A DNA stretch of 64,000 nucleotides from Eledone cirrhosa (GCA_964016885.1 OZ024751.1:18600001-18664000); one strand, 5' to 3'. Counted from the stretch's first letter, positions 15,144 to 30,061 are shown. The notes: generated by a model from the sequence alone, not told the origin. Made by a program: numbers and translations.

Positions 15144-15192
15144 TACATATATATACATATAGGTACATATATATATATATATATATATATAG

Positions 15193-15227
<35 letters not shown>

Positions 15228-15401
15228 TACATATATATATATATAGGTACATATATATATATATATATATATATAGGTACATATATATATATATAGGTAC
15301 ATATATATATATATATATAGGTACATATATATATATATAGGTACATATATATATATATATATATATATAGGTACATATATATATATATATATATAGGTAC
15401 C

Positions 15402-15438
<37 letters not shown>

Positions 15439-15440
15439 GG

Positions 15441-15480
<40 letters not shown>

Positions 15481-15547
15481 TACATATATATATATATAGG
15501 TACATATATATATATATATATATATAGGTACATATATATATATATAG

Positions 15548-15582
<35 letters not shown>

Positions 15583-15585
15583 TAC

Positions 15586-15668
<83 letters not shown>

Positions 15669-15690
15669 TACATATATATATATATATTTA
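14940..15690. repeat. (TA)n array punctuated by GGTAC
   Basis: More than 20 aggtac motifs separated by variable (AT)n. Confidence 0.9.
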
Positions 15691-16163
15691 TATATTGATA
15701 GATGGAAAGATAGATTTAGGACTATGGATGCATACAGAATTATCTAGATCAACTGATGTTTAGGCATGCATTTAGAGAGATATTTGTTGTTGTATATTGA
15801 ATAAGAGGAATAGTTGGTGGTATTGATGGTGTTGGCAGTGGTGGTTGGGGATGTGGGGGTATGGTACATGCTTGTGTATTGTATGTTAGTTAGATAATCA
15901 GATACAATCAGACTACCATAGTTGCTGGAAGACTACTAGTAAAATGGACAGCTGAGAATATAATATATATATATATACGTATATATATATATATGTATAT
16001 ATATTTTTCGTTACTTTGTTATAGTATGGTTGGGTTTTGCCTACGGCAATATTCAATTTGTCAAGCTATTTAAACGTATGTTGAGTGCTTTGCTACTCAT
16101 TCCTTATTGTAGGTCGACTTTACCTGGCCACAGCCAAAGCTTCGATTTTACTAAGCTTCCACT

Positions 16164-16220
<57 letters not shown>

Positions 16221-16847
16221 CAAATACTAAGCTTCCACTTGTATATATATATATATATATATAGCAAAGTCGACCTACAATAGGAATGTGTTAGAAAAGC
16301 ACTCAATAGGGGTAGGTTCTTAGAGTAATAACATATATATATATACATATATATATATGTTATTACTCTAAGAACCTACCCTTATTGAGTGCTTTGCTAA
16401 CTCATTCCTATATGCTATTTTCTTATCAGCTGTTTATATTCATAGTATTCCAAAAACTATGGTAGTCTGACTGTCTAACTAACATACAATATAAAAGCAC
16501 GTAACATTACACACACGTATATATATATATATATGTATATATATATTTGTGTGTGTGTGTGCATTTATATATTTATATATATATATATATGTATGTATAT
16601 ATATATTTGTGTGTGTGTGTGTGTGCATTTATATATTTATACATCTATATATATATATACATATATATGTGCATTTATATATATATATATTTATATATAC
16701 ATCTATATATATATACATCTATATATATATACATATATATATACATATATATGTGCATTTATATAAATATATATGTGCATTTATATATATATTTATATAA
16801 ATCCACATATATATGTATATATATATAGATGTATAAATATATAAATG

Positions 16848-16901
<54 letters not shown>

Positions 16902-17018
16902 TACATATATATGTGTGTGTCTATATATCTATATATATATTTATATATATATATTTACATATATAAATAGAAAAAGAGTGAGACAGTTGTATGTATGTTT
17001 ATATATATTTGTGAGTTC

Positions 17019-17068
<50 letters not shown>

Positions 17069-17428
17069 GCTCTCGTGTATGTATATCTACCTGATAGATA
17101 GATAATTAGGTAGGTAAATAGCTACATACATAGATATATAGTTAGATAGATAGATGCATAGTAGATGTAAATGATGATGATGTCACAGCTTATCTAATGC
17201 AGCCATGTGTTCTGCTCAAACTAACACATCAAGTGTAAGAAATCTCTAAGTTATGTGATATATATTCATCGCCCGAATATTTATGTCTTGCTTGGCTCAG
17301 CTCATTTAACTTTAACAAGGTAAAATGTGTAGTCAACTGGATCAATTCGATTTTGTAACACACACCTATTTATATTTGCAAGAGCACACACGTATCTATG
17401 CTGTACATCAATGTATAATGTATGGATG

Positions 17429-17472
<44 letters not shown>

Positions 17473-17516
17473 TAAAATAACAGATTAAACTTTAAGCTAA
17501 GAATCGCTGCTTTCAC

Positions 17517-17574
<58 letters not shown>

Positions 17575-17679
17575 ATTGAAAGAGGTATACACACACATGT
17601 ATATATATATATATATATGTGTGTGTGTATATATCTATGTATGTAGATGATAGGCTTCGAGTTCTAAGACACGTAGTAT

Positions 17680-17725
<46 letters not shown>

Positions 17726-17843
17726 ATGGTATTTTTGTGTTTGTGTTGTTTCAGCCTCATATATACAAACGTCCATACATATGTGTATAAATGTATATAT
17801 ATATAAGTTATATATATATGATATACATATATTCGTATGTCTT

Positions 17844-17879
<36 letters not shown>

Positions 17880-18397
17880 TTATGTATATATAATATATAT
17901 AAACATATATTTATATATATATAACTGTCTGTGTGTTTGTGTGTCTTTATCATCATCATCATCATCATTTCATTTTACGTCCGCTTTTTCCCTGCTTGCA
18001 AGGAAAATGAGTGCTGGGTGCTTTTTTTGCCGTGGCACCTCCTCGACCACTTTAGTTGATAGTTGATAGTTGATAATTTGCACATAGCATAACTAGGCTG
18101 TACTACCACCGTGGAAACATTTGTAAGCACACGGAATAAATTACCTTTTTTATGATGTCTACCTGTTATTATTCATTCTTTATATACACTCTTTATATAC
18201 ACTCTTTTTATACATTCTTTATATACATTCTTTATATACACTCCGAAATACAGAAGGATCAGGAACTAAGTTTCTTCAACAATTCTTCCATAACTCGTTG
18301 AGTAACCTCTCACCGTACGTCAACCATATCCAGTGTAGTAATTAACCATTACTACATCTAGGATAATCCTATACCTAATATATATATATATATAAAA

Positions 18398-18431
<34 letters not shown>

Positions 18432-18764
18432 CTAAATATATACGTGTGTGTATGCATTCATGTGTGTCGGTGATGTATGTTGGTGTCATTTCATGTGTGT
18501 GTGTATTGGAGTGGAACAGATTTTCACTGGCTGGATTTTGGCTCCATTTACAATTTCTGTGGTTGTTATTGTTATTGATGATGGCTATGATAGTTATGTA
18601 GATGATGATGATGATGATGATCGTGATGATTATGGTGGTGGTGGTGGTGGTGAGGATTATGATGTTGATAATGTCGATAATATCAATGGGGATATTGCTA
18701 TTGATAAGTATGGTGATGATAGTGATGAAGAAGATAATGATGATAGTGATGATAATGATGCTGA

Positions 18765-19025
18765 TGATGGTGATGACGTTGGTGGTAGTGTTAATGATGA
18801 TGTTGATGTTGGTGATGACGTTGGTGGTAGTGTTGATAATGATGGTGATGATGGTGATGGTGATGACGTTGGTGGTAGTGTTAATGATGATGCTGATGAT
18901 GGTGATGACGTTGGTGGTAGTGTTAATGATGATGGTGATGACGGTGATGACGTTGGTGGTAGTGTTGATAATGATGGTGATGACGGTGATGACGTTGGTG
19001 GTAGTGTTAATGTTGTTGTTGATGA
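18765..19025. repeat. Compound 36-42 bp repeat, about 6 units
   Basis: ggtgatgacgttggtggtagtgtt repeated within (GAT)n. Confidence 0.85.
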
Positions 19026-19069
19026 TGATGGTGGTGGCGGCGGTGATGACAACAAAAATATTGACCATA

Positions 19070-19272
19070 ATTGCTTCTACATTTTACACAAGACCAGCAA
19101 TAAACCCCAGTGTATTACTGGTACTTTTTTTTATCGACGACCCCCCCCCCCCCCCCCGTAAGAGTGAAAGGCAAATTTAACCTCGGTGGGATTTGAACCC
19201 AGACCGTAAAGGGCCATAACTCTATGCCGCAAAGCATATATATTCTCTGACGCTCTACCGATACTGCCAAGT
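19070..19272 (-). mobile_element. SINE family A
   Basis: Reverse complement of family A, with a poly-C expansion in the body. Confidence 0.8.
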
Positions 19273-19300
19273 AGTGATAATGATAAGCATGATCGTAATA

Positions 19301-19333
<33 letters not shown>

Positions 19334-19867
19334 ATAGACATTATCTTAATGATGATGGCGATGATGATGATGATACTGTTTCCTATGCTGCTGCTGATGT
19401 CGATACTTTTGATCTTGTTGGCATAGATGATGATGGTGATGGTGGTGGTGGTGGTGGTGGTGTCTTGTTTTTGTTTTGACTATCAGAAATTCAGGATCTG
19501 CAAGATCTCTTCTCCCCCGTCCCCCCTCCTCCCGTCCCCCCCTCCTCTCTCTCGTTTTTCTAATATTTGTGGCGTGATGAAACGACAACTAGGAAATTGA
19601 TTGCATAATATATGATGGTTGTATAAGTACTTTTTATAACAGTTGCTGTTGGATTCACAGATACCCCCCCCCCCCTCCCTCATATATTTCAAACGAAAAA
19701 TTTCGAATAGATTTTTATTTTTTTTATTTTTTATCTCTACTTTTAGAAACGGGAACGGGCTGCTTTTTTTTTGTTAGATATGAAATATTTCATTTTTAAG
19801 AATAAGTTGTATATATATATTTTTTTTAATAAGTCGTAACTTCAACACTGGTGTTGTGAAATGACCC

Positions 19868-20262
19868 CTTAACCTTTGTCAAGGCAGAATTCTAGGAGAA
19901 GGAAAACTCTGATATAACACCTGCAACCCTGATGGTATCCAATGATGTTGACTTGTTCTTCTTTTTGGTAAATATCATCTTGGTTAAGAGAGTGGGACTG
20001 GCTTTGTGCAGTGCCTTTGCTCACTATAAAAGCTTCACGGCACAGGCATTGCTTTATATCTGGGGATCTCTCTGCACTTGTCGTCACATGGTACCATGGG
20101 CCCAGCACTATGTGTCAATAATTGTCACAAGTGTAGTGTTTGTACCAGAGTTTTCAAGTCGCTGGCTGGACTAAAAAGTCACACTCGTTCAGCGCATCGG
20201 TAGGGGTTCTCCTACATGGATATAAAGTAGTGGCCGTACTCGAAAATGAGTTGGCAGCCATC
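19868..20262 (+). mobile_element. Non-autonomous RTE-derived (bipartite) element
   Basis: 5' ctaggagaaggaaaactctga motif resembling RTE 5' UTRs; 3' part encodes HKCSVCTRVFKSLAGLKSHTRSAHR* (C2H2 finger like RTE ORF C-termini); short 3' UTR and simple-repeat tail. Confidence 0.7.
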
Positions 20263-20654
20263 ATATATATATAGAGAGGTTATATTTATATATTGTTTCA
20301 TTGATATTAAACCTGCTGTTTATTGATTGATATATTAATGTATATATTAATGGTTGCATTTTTTCAGGGTATGTCAATATTTATTTATAGTTTGACTTGG
20401 TGGCCCTTGAAATATGTATAATGAAATAAATATGGTTTTATAAATATAGTTTCTATTTGTTAATATATTGTATATATATATCAGGATAGAACCAGTTTTA
20501 AACTAGTTAGACCAATACTCAAAAGAGTCCTCGATTCTTGGGATAATAAAGTATGGCATATATTAAAGAGTCGCAGCCCTGATGGTGCTTTTGTTAATGA
20601 TGATAAGGATTGTGATGATGGCAATAGTTATGATGATGATGGTGATGGTGGTGG

Positions 20655-20689
<35 letters not shown>

Positions 20690-21089
20690 ATGATGATGAT
20701 GGTGGTGGTAGTGGTGGTAATGATGCTGGTGGTGGTGGTAGTGGTGGTAATGATGATGGTGGTGGTGGTGGTGGTAATGGTGATGGTGATGGTGGTGGTG
20801 GTAATGGTGGTGGTGGTGGTAATGATGATGGTAGTGGTGGTGGTAATGATGGTAGTGGTAGTGGTGATGGTAATGATGGTAGTGGTGGTGGTGGTGATAA
20901 TGGTGGTGGTGGTGGTGTTACTTGCTGATTTTTTTTTTTGTTCTTCTTTCATCTCCCCTTTCCTAACATCAATCAATATACGGCAGGTTTAATATCAATG
21001 AAACAATATATAAATTGATCGGTTCAGTCTTTTACTTTCCATACAACATCCTTCACACACTCATCATATTTTACTGGCATTGTCAGCAT

Positions 21090-21460
<371 letters not shown>

Positions 21461-21495
21461 TCACCACTAACATCATTGCAATTATCATCATTATA

Positions 21496-21910
21496 GGCCG
21501 GTGGATTGGCAGTATCGGTAGAGTGTTAGACGTCATGCTTTGCAGCATATAGTTATGTCCCTTTACGGTCTGAGTTCAAATCCCTTTAGCGTGTCCCCGA
21601 ACTGAAATCCCACTTAGATCTAGAACTACAATTGATTATGAAAGTTCCAGTGGGTGGGTGATTTAGAAACGACCGTCTGTCTGTTACTGAAGTCGAACGA
21701 TGCCAACAACAACAACGATGATGATGATGATGATGATATGTAGATGTTTGTGGCGTGTTTTTTGTATGTGTATTTGCTGGTTCTTTACGGACTGAGTTGA
21801 AATCCTGCCGAGGTTAACTTTGCCTTTCACCCTTACCGGGGTCGATAAAATAAAGTACTTGTAATGTACTGGAGATTATTGCTGGCCTTGTGCCAAAAGT
21901 CGAAACAATT
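21496..21910 (+). mobile_element. SINE family A in two pieces (head 21496-21585, body and tail 21780-21910)
   Basis: Head with A and B boxes, about 200 bp of unrelated sequence, then B box, body and tail. Confidence 0.7.
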
Positions 21911-22219
21911 ATCATCATTATCATCATCAGCAATATCGTTACCATCCTTATCAGAATCAGAATCATCGTCTTCATCATCATCATCTTCCTGACCATCAAC
22001 ATCATAACCATCAACTTCACTGTCGTTCTCGTCGTCGTCACCGCTAACATCGTCATCACCATCAAATATATCTTACTATTCTATTGCGACTACGCTGCCA
22101 GACCATCTCATCCGACTGACGTCATACGTCACATGACCAACTATTCTCATTTCCTAAGATCATTGTCCTGAGACAATGACAGAAGTTTAACATGAAGATT
22201 TTCATACATATATACATAC

Positions 22220-22630
22220 ATGGTGGCTGCCAACTCGTTTTCGAGTACGGCCACTACTTTATATCCATGTAGGAGAACCCCTACCGATGCGCTGAACGAG
22301 TGTGACTTTTTAGTCCAGCCAGCGACTTGAAAACTCTGGTACAAACACTACATTTGTGACAATTATTGACACATAGTGCTGGGCCAATGGTACCATGTGA
22401 TGACAAGTGCAGAGAGATCTCCAGATATAAAGCAATGCCTGTGCCGTGAAGCTTTTATAGTGAGCAAAGGCACTGCACAAAGCCAGTCCCACTCTCTTAA
22501 CCAAGATGATATTTACCAAAAAGAAGCACAAGTCAACATCATTGGATACCATCAGGGTTGCAGGTGTTATATCAGAGTTTTCCTTCACCTAGAATTCTGC
22601 CTTGACAAAGGCTAAGTGGTCATCTCTCCC
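22220..22630 (-). mobile_element. Non-autonomous RTE-derived element, inverted copy
   Basis: Near-identical reverse complement of 19868-20262, lying in (TACA)n. Confidence 0.75.
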
Positions 22631-22738
22631 ATACATACATACATACATACATACATACATACATACATACATACATACATACAAACAAAAGAACATAACA
22701 TACATTCAAACATACATAAATACATATACATACGTACG

Positions 22739-22769
<31 letters not shown>

Positions 22770-23048
22770 GTACATACATGCATACATTCATATATACTTA
22801 CATACGTACATACATATATACTTACGTACATACATATATACATATATACATACACAAATACATACGTATAACATGCATACATACATATATACTTGGATGC
22901 ATGCATAGAACTTACAAGTATACCTGAGTATATACATACACCTACCCATATGGCGGCCGACCGAACTAGAACCTGCTAAATGTGTGGCCGCCTCCTTGTC
23001 TCTCTGCCTTTTCAGTCCCATGGATTATATTCCTTTGCTAAATTTCGA

Positions 23049-23114
23049 ATACCTGATGATGTCGCCGGATTCATTCTGAACTGGGTCATTGAAATGTTCA
23101 TATGTTCATAGTAT
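23049..23114 (+). ncRNA. Type I hammerhead ribozyme motif
   Basis: Stem I atac/gtat; CTGATGA 23053-23059; irregular stem II (ccgg/ctgg, ttca/tgaa); GAAA 23091-23094; stem III tg/ca with loop containing palindromic CATATG; AUA triplet; AATAAA at 23115. Confidence 0.6.
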
Positions 23115-23184
23115 AATAAACCTTTAAGGAATTACACCAGTCCAGCCTCATGTATTTTATAATTATAATACATATATCATATAT

Positions 23185-23549
23185 ATAGTAATAATAATAA
23201 ATTTGAAGACTAAAATCCAAAGAGGGCTCGATAAGGATAAATATATATCAAATATATAAGAACCGTAGAGCAAATATTTATTAAAATGGTTAGTTTCAGA
23301 AGATCCCGTTAAGGGTGAAAGCAGCGATTCTTTGCTTAAACTTTAATCTGTTATTTTAATAAATATATATATATATATATTTTAACTTTAATTATATCTC
23401 ATAAAATAATACAACTGGCTTTCCACATAATACATATAGTTAGCACCGCAAACACTTAAATTGGGTTTATACTAACATATAACCTAATGTTTGTTGAGTG
23501 AGATGGTTACCAGTCAGAGTTTAGCTTAAAGCTATCTCTGTTATTGTAT

Positions 23550-23592
<43 letters not shown>

Positions 23593-23684
23593 ATAATAAT
23601 AAAATTGAAGACTAAAATCCAGAGTTTCAGAAGATCCCGTTAAGGGTGAAAGCAGCGATTCTTTGCTTAAACTTTAATCTGTTA

Positions 23685-23692
<8 letters not shown>
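23185..23692. mobile_element. Two adjacent family C elements, each with an internal inversion
   Basis: 23185-23365 and 23589-23692 both begin agtaataataataaa..tgaagactaaaatcca and then switch strand into the CAGAAGA segment; both bounded by (TA)n. Confidence 0.65.
23621..23675 (+). ncRNA. Hammerhead-like motif with variant core CAGAAGA (family C)
   Basis: Stem I agagttt/aaacttt; CAGAAGA 23628-23634; stem II t-ccc-gttaa-ggg-t; GAAA 23648-23651; stem III gca/tgc; CUU triplet. Same motif at 23292-23342, decayed copy at about 11991-12043. Confidence 0.55.
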
Positions 23693-23721
<29 letters not shown>

Positions 23722-23742
23722 GAAAAGTATAGAAATTATTAT

Positions 23743-23812
<70 letters not shown>

Positions 23813-23935
23813 GTGTGCGTGTGTGTATGTATATTCGGGTAATGTCAATTGTTGAAATTGCATAATACTGAGTTGCATAGTTTCTCGGGCTCTTTAAAAC
23901 CTCATTTGACAATCATTCACGCGACAAGCTAGCTG

Positions 23936-23981
<46 letters not shown>

Positions 23982-24632
23982 CAGTAGTATCAGCAATAGT
24001 CATTAGATATGCGCTTCAAACAGCTGTTGTGAACTGTGAAAAAGGTTAACTCAATATAGCAGCAAACGTTTCGCTGTTAAATTAATTACTGCGTGTTCTC
24101 TTGTGTTATATACAGTGTTATATAGTGTTTCAAATAGGCGTGGTGTCGTAAAAGGGTTAACTTAATAAGTATATGTTCAATTGGTTTGATGTGCTAAGTC
24201 TATTTGGAGTGCTGTCAGATTATGTGCCCTTGAAGAATATGAAAGAAGTCATTGGCAGTGAGGTTTACGGTGATTTTGAAACAATTCTGTTTGTAAGATT
24301 ATCAATGTGGAGGAAATGCATAGATAGTTGTTACAGGTGTAAATTGTACAGACATACAAGTACAGATATATATATAAATATATACTTATATATATGTATA
24401 GTACATATAGGGATATATGAATATATATATATATATATATACATAAATATACATGTCCACGGCTAAACACACACACACATATATATATATTAAAATAACA
24501 GATTAAAGTTGAAGCAAAGAGTCGCTGCTTTCACCATTATCGAGCCCTCTTTGGATTTTATTCTTCACTTTTATTATTATTACTATATATATATATATAT
24601 GTAATGTGCATGTTCACACACACACATACACA

Positions 24633-24667
<35 letters not shown>

Positions 24668-25728
24668 TTTGCGTGAGCGTGTATAGATAATTTGAAATTA
24701 AACCAACATCTACTAGATTTCGTTAACAATAATATTACGTGTTAGTAGCCATTGGCACGCCCAGTGTTGGCATCGTCTTAGAATTTGGAAGGTTTAAATC
24801 AATAAGAAGGATGAGTTTAAATTACTTATATGTAGCAGCCATTATGTATTTTGTCAGAATCTTTGCTTCTATCGAGTTTATCGAGTTTGTGAATTCATTG
24901 TCAACTAAATTTATTCTGTTAGCCATAATTTATGGTATAGAATAGAAAATTCAGAGAGAGTGGGAGGGAGGGGGAAAGAGAGACGGTGAAAGAGAGAGAC
25001 AGCTTACTTATGGCAAGTTGAAATATTGTTATATTGTTAGCTCGTTCAAATTAGATCGTACAATCAAAGATATATTATTTATGTACGTGTATGTCTGTAT
25101 ATATGTGTATGCATGTATGTATATGTGTTTGTTTGTATGTACATATATATGTATGCATGTATGCCAGACAACTGAAGGCATATAGTGTAGAAGTTCGGGT
25201 ATATGGTTCATGATTGTAAGGGCATGCGTTCTATTCCCGGTTGCGTTTTGTGTATGTATGTATCTATCTATCTATCTATCTATATATCTATCTATATATC
25301 TATCTATCTATGTATTATATCCAACTGAAGGCAATCATTGTAGAAGTTAGGGTATCTGGTTCATGATCGTAAGGTCATGCTTTCTATTCCCGAAAGCACT
25401 TTCTGTCCTTCAACAAGACTCTTTATTTCCAGCTGTCTCAGTGAGGGAAATTATACTAGTTGTATATACAATTCAACGGGCTGCCCTCGTTAAAGAATGT
25501 GACATGTTGAATCTCCTTAAGAATCGCATAAACGGTGCACGTGTTTATGGAAATTCTCTTCAAGAATTGTCTTAAGGGCACACGTGTCAATGGAATTTAT
25601 ATATGCATATGTTTGTGTTGATGTATATATACATACATACATACAGGGCGAGAGAGAGAGAGAGAGAGAGAGAAACAGTTTGTATATTAAGCGATAGAAT
25701 AGTTTATATAGGTTCATACACACACGCT

Positions 25729-25821
<93 letters not shown>

Positions 25822-25980
25822 TACAGTACAGCTGTACGTATCAATTGAACATGACTGACCACATTCCACTGATGGTTAGTATTTGTGTCCATCAGACCGA
25901 CGGAGCCAATCAAACAACTGTTTACACTTAGTTACCTGATATTTAGCAGACCTTGTCTTGTCTTCAACATGTTTGACCAT

Positions 25981-26057
<77 letters not shown>

Positions 26058-26064
26058 CACATAC

Positions 26065-26096
<32 letters not shown>

Positions 26097-26481
26097 TCTT
26101 GACCGCAGCGTTTACTATGGACAGTATGAAGTGACCTGTCCAACACCATTTCAGGAAGTAGATAGTCTAACCGCTGTAGTGTGAATTTTTTTTGTCTTTT
26201 CCGTTCTCCTGTGTCTATTACCTGCGAGTGTTATAATGTGTGTTTGTGTGTGTGTTTAATATGACGTTATGATTGTGTGCAAATATCCACCTGTTGTTTC
26301 TTGATTATGTGTGTTTGTCTGTGTCACAGCTATTGTTTATATTAGTGTACATGTGTATGTATGTGTGGACGGAGTTAATAAGGTGTATAGTTACGCATGA
26401 CTGAGGTTAGCTTGTTGTTTTCAGATTCTCTTGTTCTAAATATGAACTCAGGCAAGCAGACAGACTTACAAACACACTAAG

Positions 26482-26557
<76 letters not shown>

Positions 26558-26564
26558 TCATATA

Positions 26565-26599
<35 letters not shown>

Positions 26600-26837
26600 T
26601 ATATATATACACACACACACACATACATGTATATAATGATTCTTATACTAACATATATATGTTTGTGCTTTTGTTCCTGGTACATTTTTTAGTCGTTTAC
26701 AGATCAATGGTGTAGTGTAGTATAATTTGCAATGAAACCTGATGATTTAGTGCCAGATTCAGATAAATATGAAAGAGGCAATTAAACATGTGTACCTAAA
26801 ATGACAGCATAGTTAACCTAGTAAATAACTCTGAGTG

Positions 26838-26870
<33 letters not shown>

Positions 26871-26932
26871 TCGGTTTTAGTTCCGAAACATTAAAATATG
26901 AAAAAGTTTGAGCTGAGTATATATATATATAG

Positions 26933-27192
26933 TGCTGTTTCCTTGAGCAAGACACTTTATTTCACATTGCTCCAGTTTACTCAGCTGTAGAAATGAGATG
27001 ATAGGGACTGTGGTCCCTATCCTTCCACTGTAAAGTGGTTGTGTAGGCGCCACGGCAAAAAAGCACCCAGCACTCACTGTAAATGAGGTTGGTGTTAGGA
27101 AGGGCATCCAGCTGTAGAAATCAAGCCAGCATCAGTTCCCGTCCCACCCTTGCAAGCAGGGAAAAGTGGACGTAAAATGAAATGAAATGAAA
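26933..27192 (+). mobile_element. 5'-truncated CORE-like SINE
   Basis: ccttgagcaagacactt through aagtggacgtaaaatgaaatgaaatga; tail fragments also at 7313-7365, 10725-10850 and 17960-18052. Confidence 0.85.
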
Positions 27193-27768
27193 AAATGATA
27201 AACTCGACTCAAACTTATACTTCATATTTTAATATTTCGGTACTAAAACCCCTTTTCAAAACAAGCGTTAACATAGGGCACTCAACTCTGGTCTCGAATA
27301 TTTGTGCTGTGCATCAAATATTCTCACTGTTCATACATCAAGTCAACATTGTAAACCATTGTTTAATTCTTGTCTTACATTACTCCCAATTTCATTCCTT
27401 ATTTCATTGTACAGGCTATCCTAAAACTATATATGTATGCATATGTGTGTGTGGGGTGTGTGGGTGGGGGTGATAATCCACCGTATTAGACGCACGCTTT
27501 CAAAAAATTCCAAATGTATTCTCCAGTATCCAAACTCGTGCGTACGATCTGTAATGCCTCTCTCCATATATAATACAAGGACACTTGGTTTGTTGAGCGA
27601 ACTCAATATATTTGACTTGCCAAGTTGAATAAGCTGAAGTTGTTCAACGAAACTCGTACCATTGCGTTCATCCAAGTTATGTATTCGTTATAATATTGAA
27701 TTTATTAATATATTAAAACATGACCCAAGGAAGAGAGAGAGAGGGTGGATAGAACCTTACTCTCTTTT

Positions 27769-27810
<42 letters not shown>

Positions 27811-28178
27811 TATTTCATCGCTTTAAAAATCATATACCTCTAGTTGGTGCGAGCAATAACTAAATAAAGTTATTGGGGCAAGTAAAATAGGGTGAAACGA
27901 GCGAGACAAAGATGGTATTGCAACGGAAAGATAGGAAAAGACAAGTACATGATATCTGTAAGCTTAAGCTTGGTGAATTCATGGACGTGTTCGCACCAAC
28001 TAGAGGTATATGATTTTTAAAGCAATGAAAGTTGGAAGATCACCGATGAAGGACTAATTTTATTCATATGTAACCCATGTGCAACCACGCAGCACGCCAT
28101 TTTTCTCATATATATATATATATAAAATAGATTTTAATTTTAATAGATTTTCAATTTTGTATTTTCATTTCATAACCC

Positions 28179-28246
28179 CTCTATCTGATGAGCGAACTAG
28201 ACGTATGTTAACATTGTCTAGGGTCCTGAAACCGTTGGTAATGGAG
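28179..28246 (+). ncRNA. Type I hammerhead ribozyme motif
   Basis: Stem I ctctat/atggag (extended by ataac/gttat); CTGATGA 28185-28191; stem II with ctagac/gtctag; GAAA 28228-28231; stem III cc-gtt-gg; GUA triplet (A28240). Confidence 0.65.
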
Positions 28247-28369
28247 TAGTTATATATTCTAATTAAATATATTAAATATATATATAAAAAATATATATAA
28301 ATTATACATCATGGTTTCATGGATTACCTCTTCTACTTATTTCTCTGGACTTTACTTTCCCCATTTTCT

Positions 28370-28434
<65 letters not shown>

Positions 28435-28964
28435 GTGAGGTGTGTGTGTGTGTGTCACCGTGTTTCTCTCCATCTATTTGTCATCCTCGGTCTGTCTATC
28501 ATTCTGTCCACTTGTCACAAACAACATGCCTGTTAGTTAAAATCCATCTGTCCCTCTATCCATCTGTCTGTTTGTCTAGCTATTTGTCCGTCTATCTATC
28601 ATTCTATCTTTCTTACTGCTTCCTCTTTCCCTCCCTCCTCTTCTATCTCTACAACATTGTTTTACGGTAGCCATTTATTTTGATTTGATACAATATGGCG
28701 AGCTGAACTTGCGTCTCTGACACTAATTTAATATAATTGATATAGCTGTTGTTGCTGTTGTTGTTGCTGCTGCTGTTTTATATTTAATTATTATTGTTGC
28801 GGTTTATGTTGTTGTTGTTGTATTGGTGGTCACTATTACTGTTGTTGTTGTTATTGTTATTATTTCCTTTGCTCACTTTTCAAATCGTTTACAAGTTTAT
28901 CGGCATTGCATCTTGTAAATGGTATTCGTGTTGGTGGCGGCGGTGTTGATAGGGATGGATTTGT

Positions 28965-29622
28965 AGTTGTTGTTGGTGGTAGTGGAGGTAGTGGTGGTTG
29001 TGGTAGTTTTGGTGGTGGTAGTGGAGGTAGTAGTGGTGGTGGTTGTGTTGGTGTTAATGTTGGTGGTGGTTGTGGTAGTTTTGGTGGTGGTAGTGGAGGT
29101 GGTGGTGGTGGTTGTGGTGGTGGTGGTGGTGGTGGTTGTGGTAGTTTTGGTGGAGGTAGTGGTGGTGGTGGTGGTAGTGGTAATGTTGGTTTTGGTAGTT
29201 GTGTTGGTGTTAGTGTTGGTGGTGGTTGTGGTAGTTTTGGTGGTGGTAGTGGAGATAGTGGTGGTGGTTGTGGTAGTTTTGGTGGTGGTAGTGGTGGTGG
29301 TGGTGGTTGTGGTAGTTTTGGTGGTGGTAGTGGAGGTAGTGGTAGTGGTGGTGGTTGTGTTGGTGTTAATGTTGGTGGTGGTTGTGGTAGTTTTGGTGGT
29401 GGTGGTTGTGGTGGTAGTGGTGGTGGTTGTGGTGGTAGTGGTAATGTTGGTTTTGGTGGTTGTGTTGGTGTTAGTGTTGGTGGTGGTTGTGGTAGTTTTG
29501 GTAGTGGAGGTAGTGGTGGTGGTTGTGGTGGTGGTGGTTGTAGTGGTTGTAGTGGTTGTGGTAGTTGTGGTGTTGGTGAAGGTGGTGGTGGTGGTGGTAG
29601 TGGTGGTGTGGGTGGTAATGGT
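28965..29622. repeat. (GGT)n-derived low-complexity repeat
   Basis: ggttgtggtagttttggtggtggtagtggaggt motifs reiterated. Confidence 0.9.
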
Positions 29623-30022
29623 TAGATTGATAGATTTTTAAGCTGTATGAAACATCCAAATTTCCTTCTGCCTTATATTTGACCTCTCTCTGTCTGTATA
29701 TCTCTCTCTCTCCCCCTCTCTCTCTCTCTCTGAGTTAAAAATGGGGATGACTGCAGTGATAGTTATTCTCTATGACAATGATGATGATGGTGTTGTTATT
29801 ATTGGTTTGTAGTGGTTGTGTTAGTGGTATGTAGACTATGTTGCGGTTGGTTATAGTGACCACCGTCACCATCGAAAATATTGTTGTTTCAGTTGTTCTT
29901 GTTAGTTTTAGGAGGGTTTTTGTTGCAATTTTTGTTGGGATTGTGGTTCAGCGCGTGTTTTATTATTTTGATTGTCGTTAATGCCGGCAATAAATCAGTA
30001 AATAATTCAATAACAGTAGCAA

Positions 30023-30061
<39 letters not shown>

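Noticed and set aside
18358-19180. Asp/Gly-rich and Ser/Pro-rich ORFs
   Set aside because: Translations of compound (GAT)/(GGT) repeats, open in several frames.
28906-29625. Gly/Cys-rich 239-aa ORF resembling a structural protein
   Set aside because: Derived from (GGT)n low-complexity DNA; TTG start, neighbouring frame equally open, no signal peptide or splice support.
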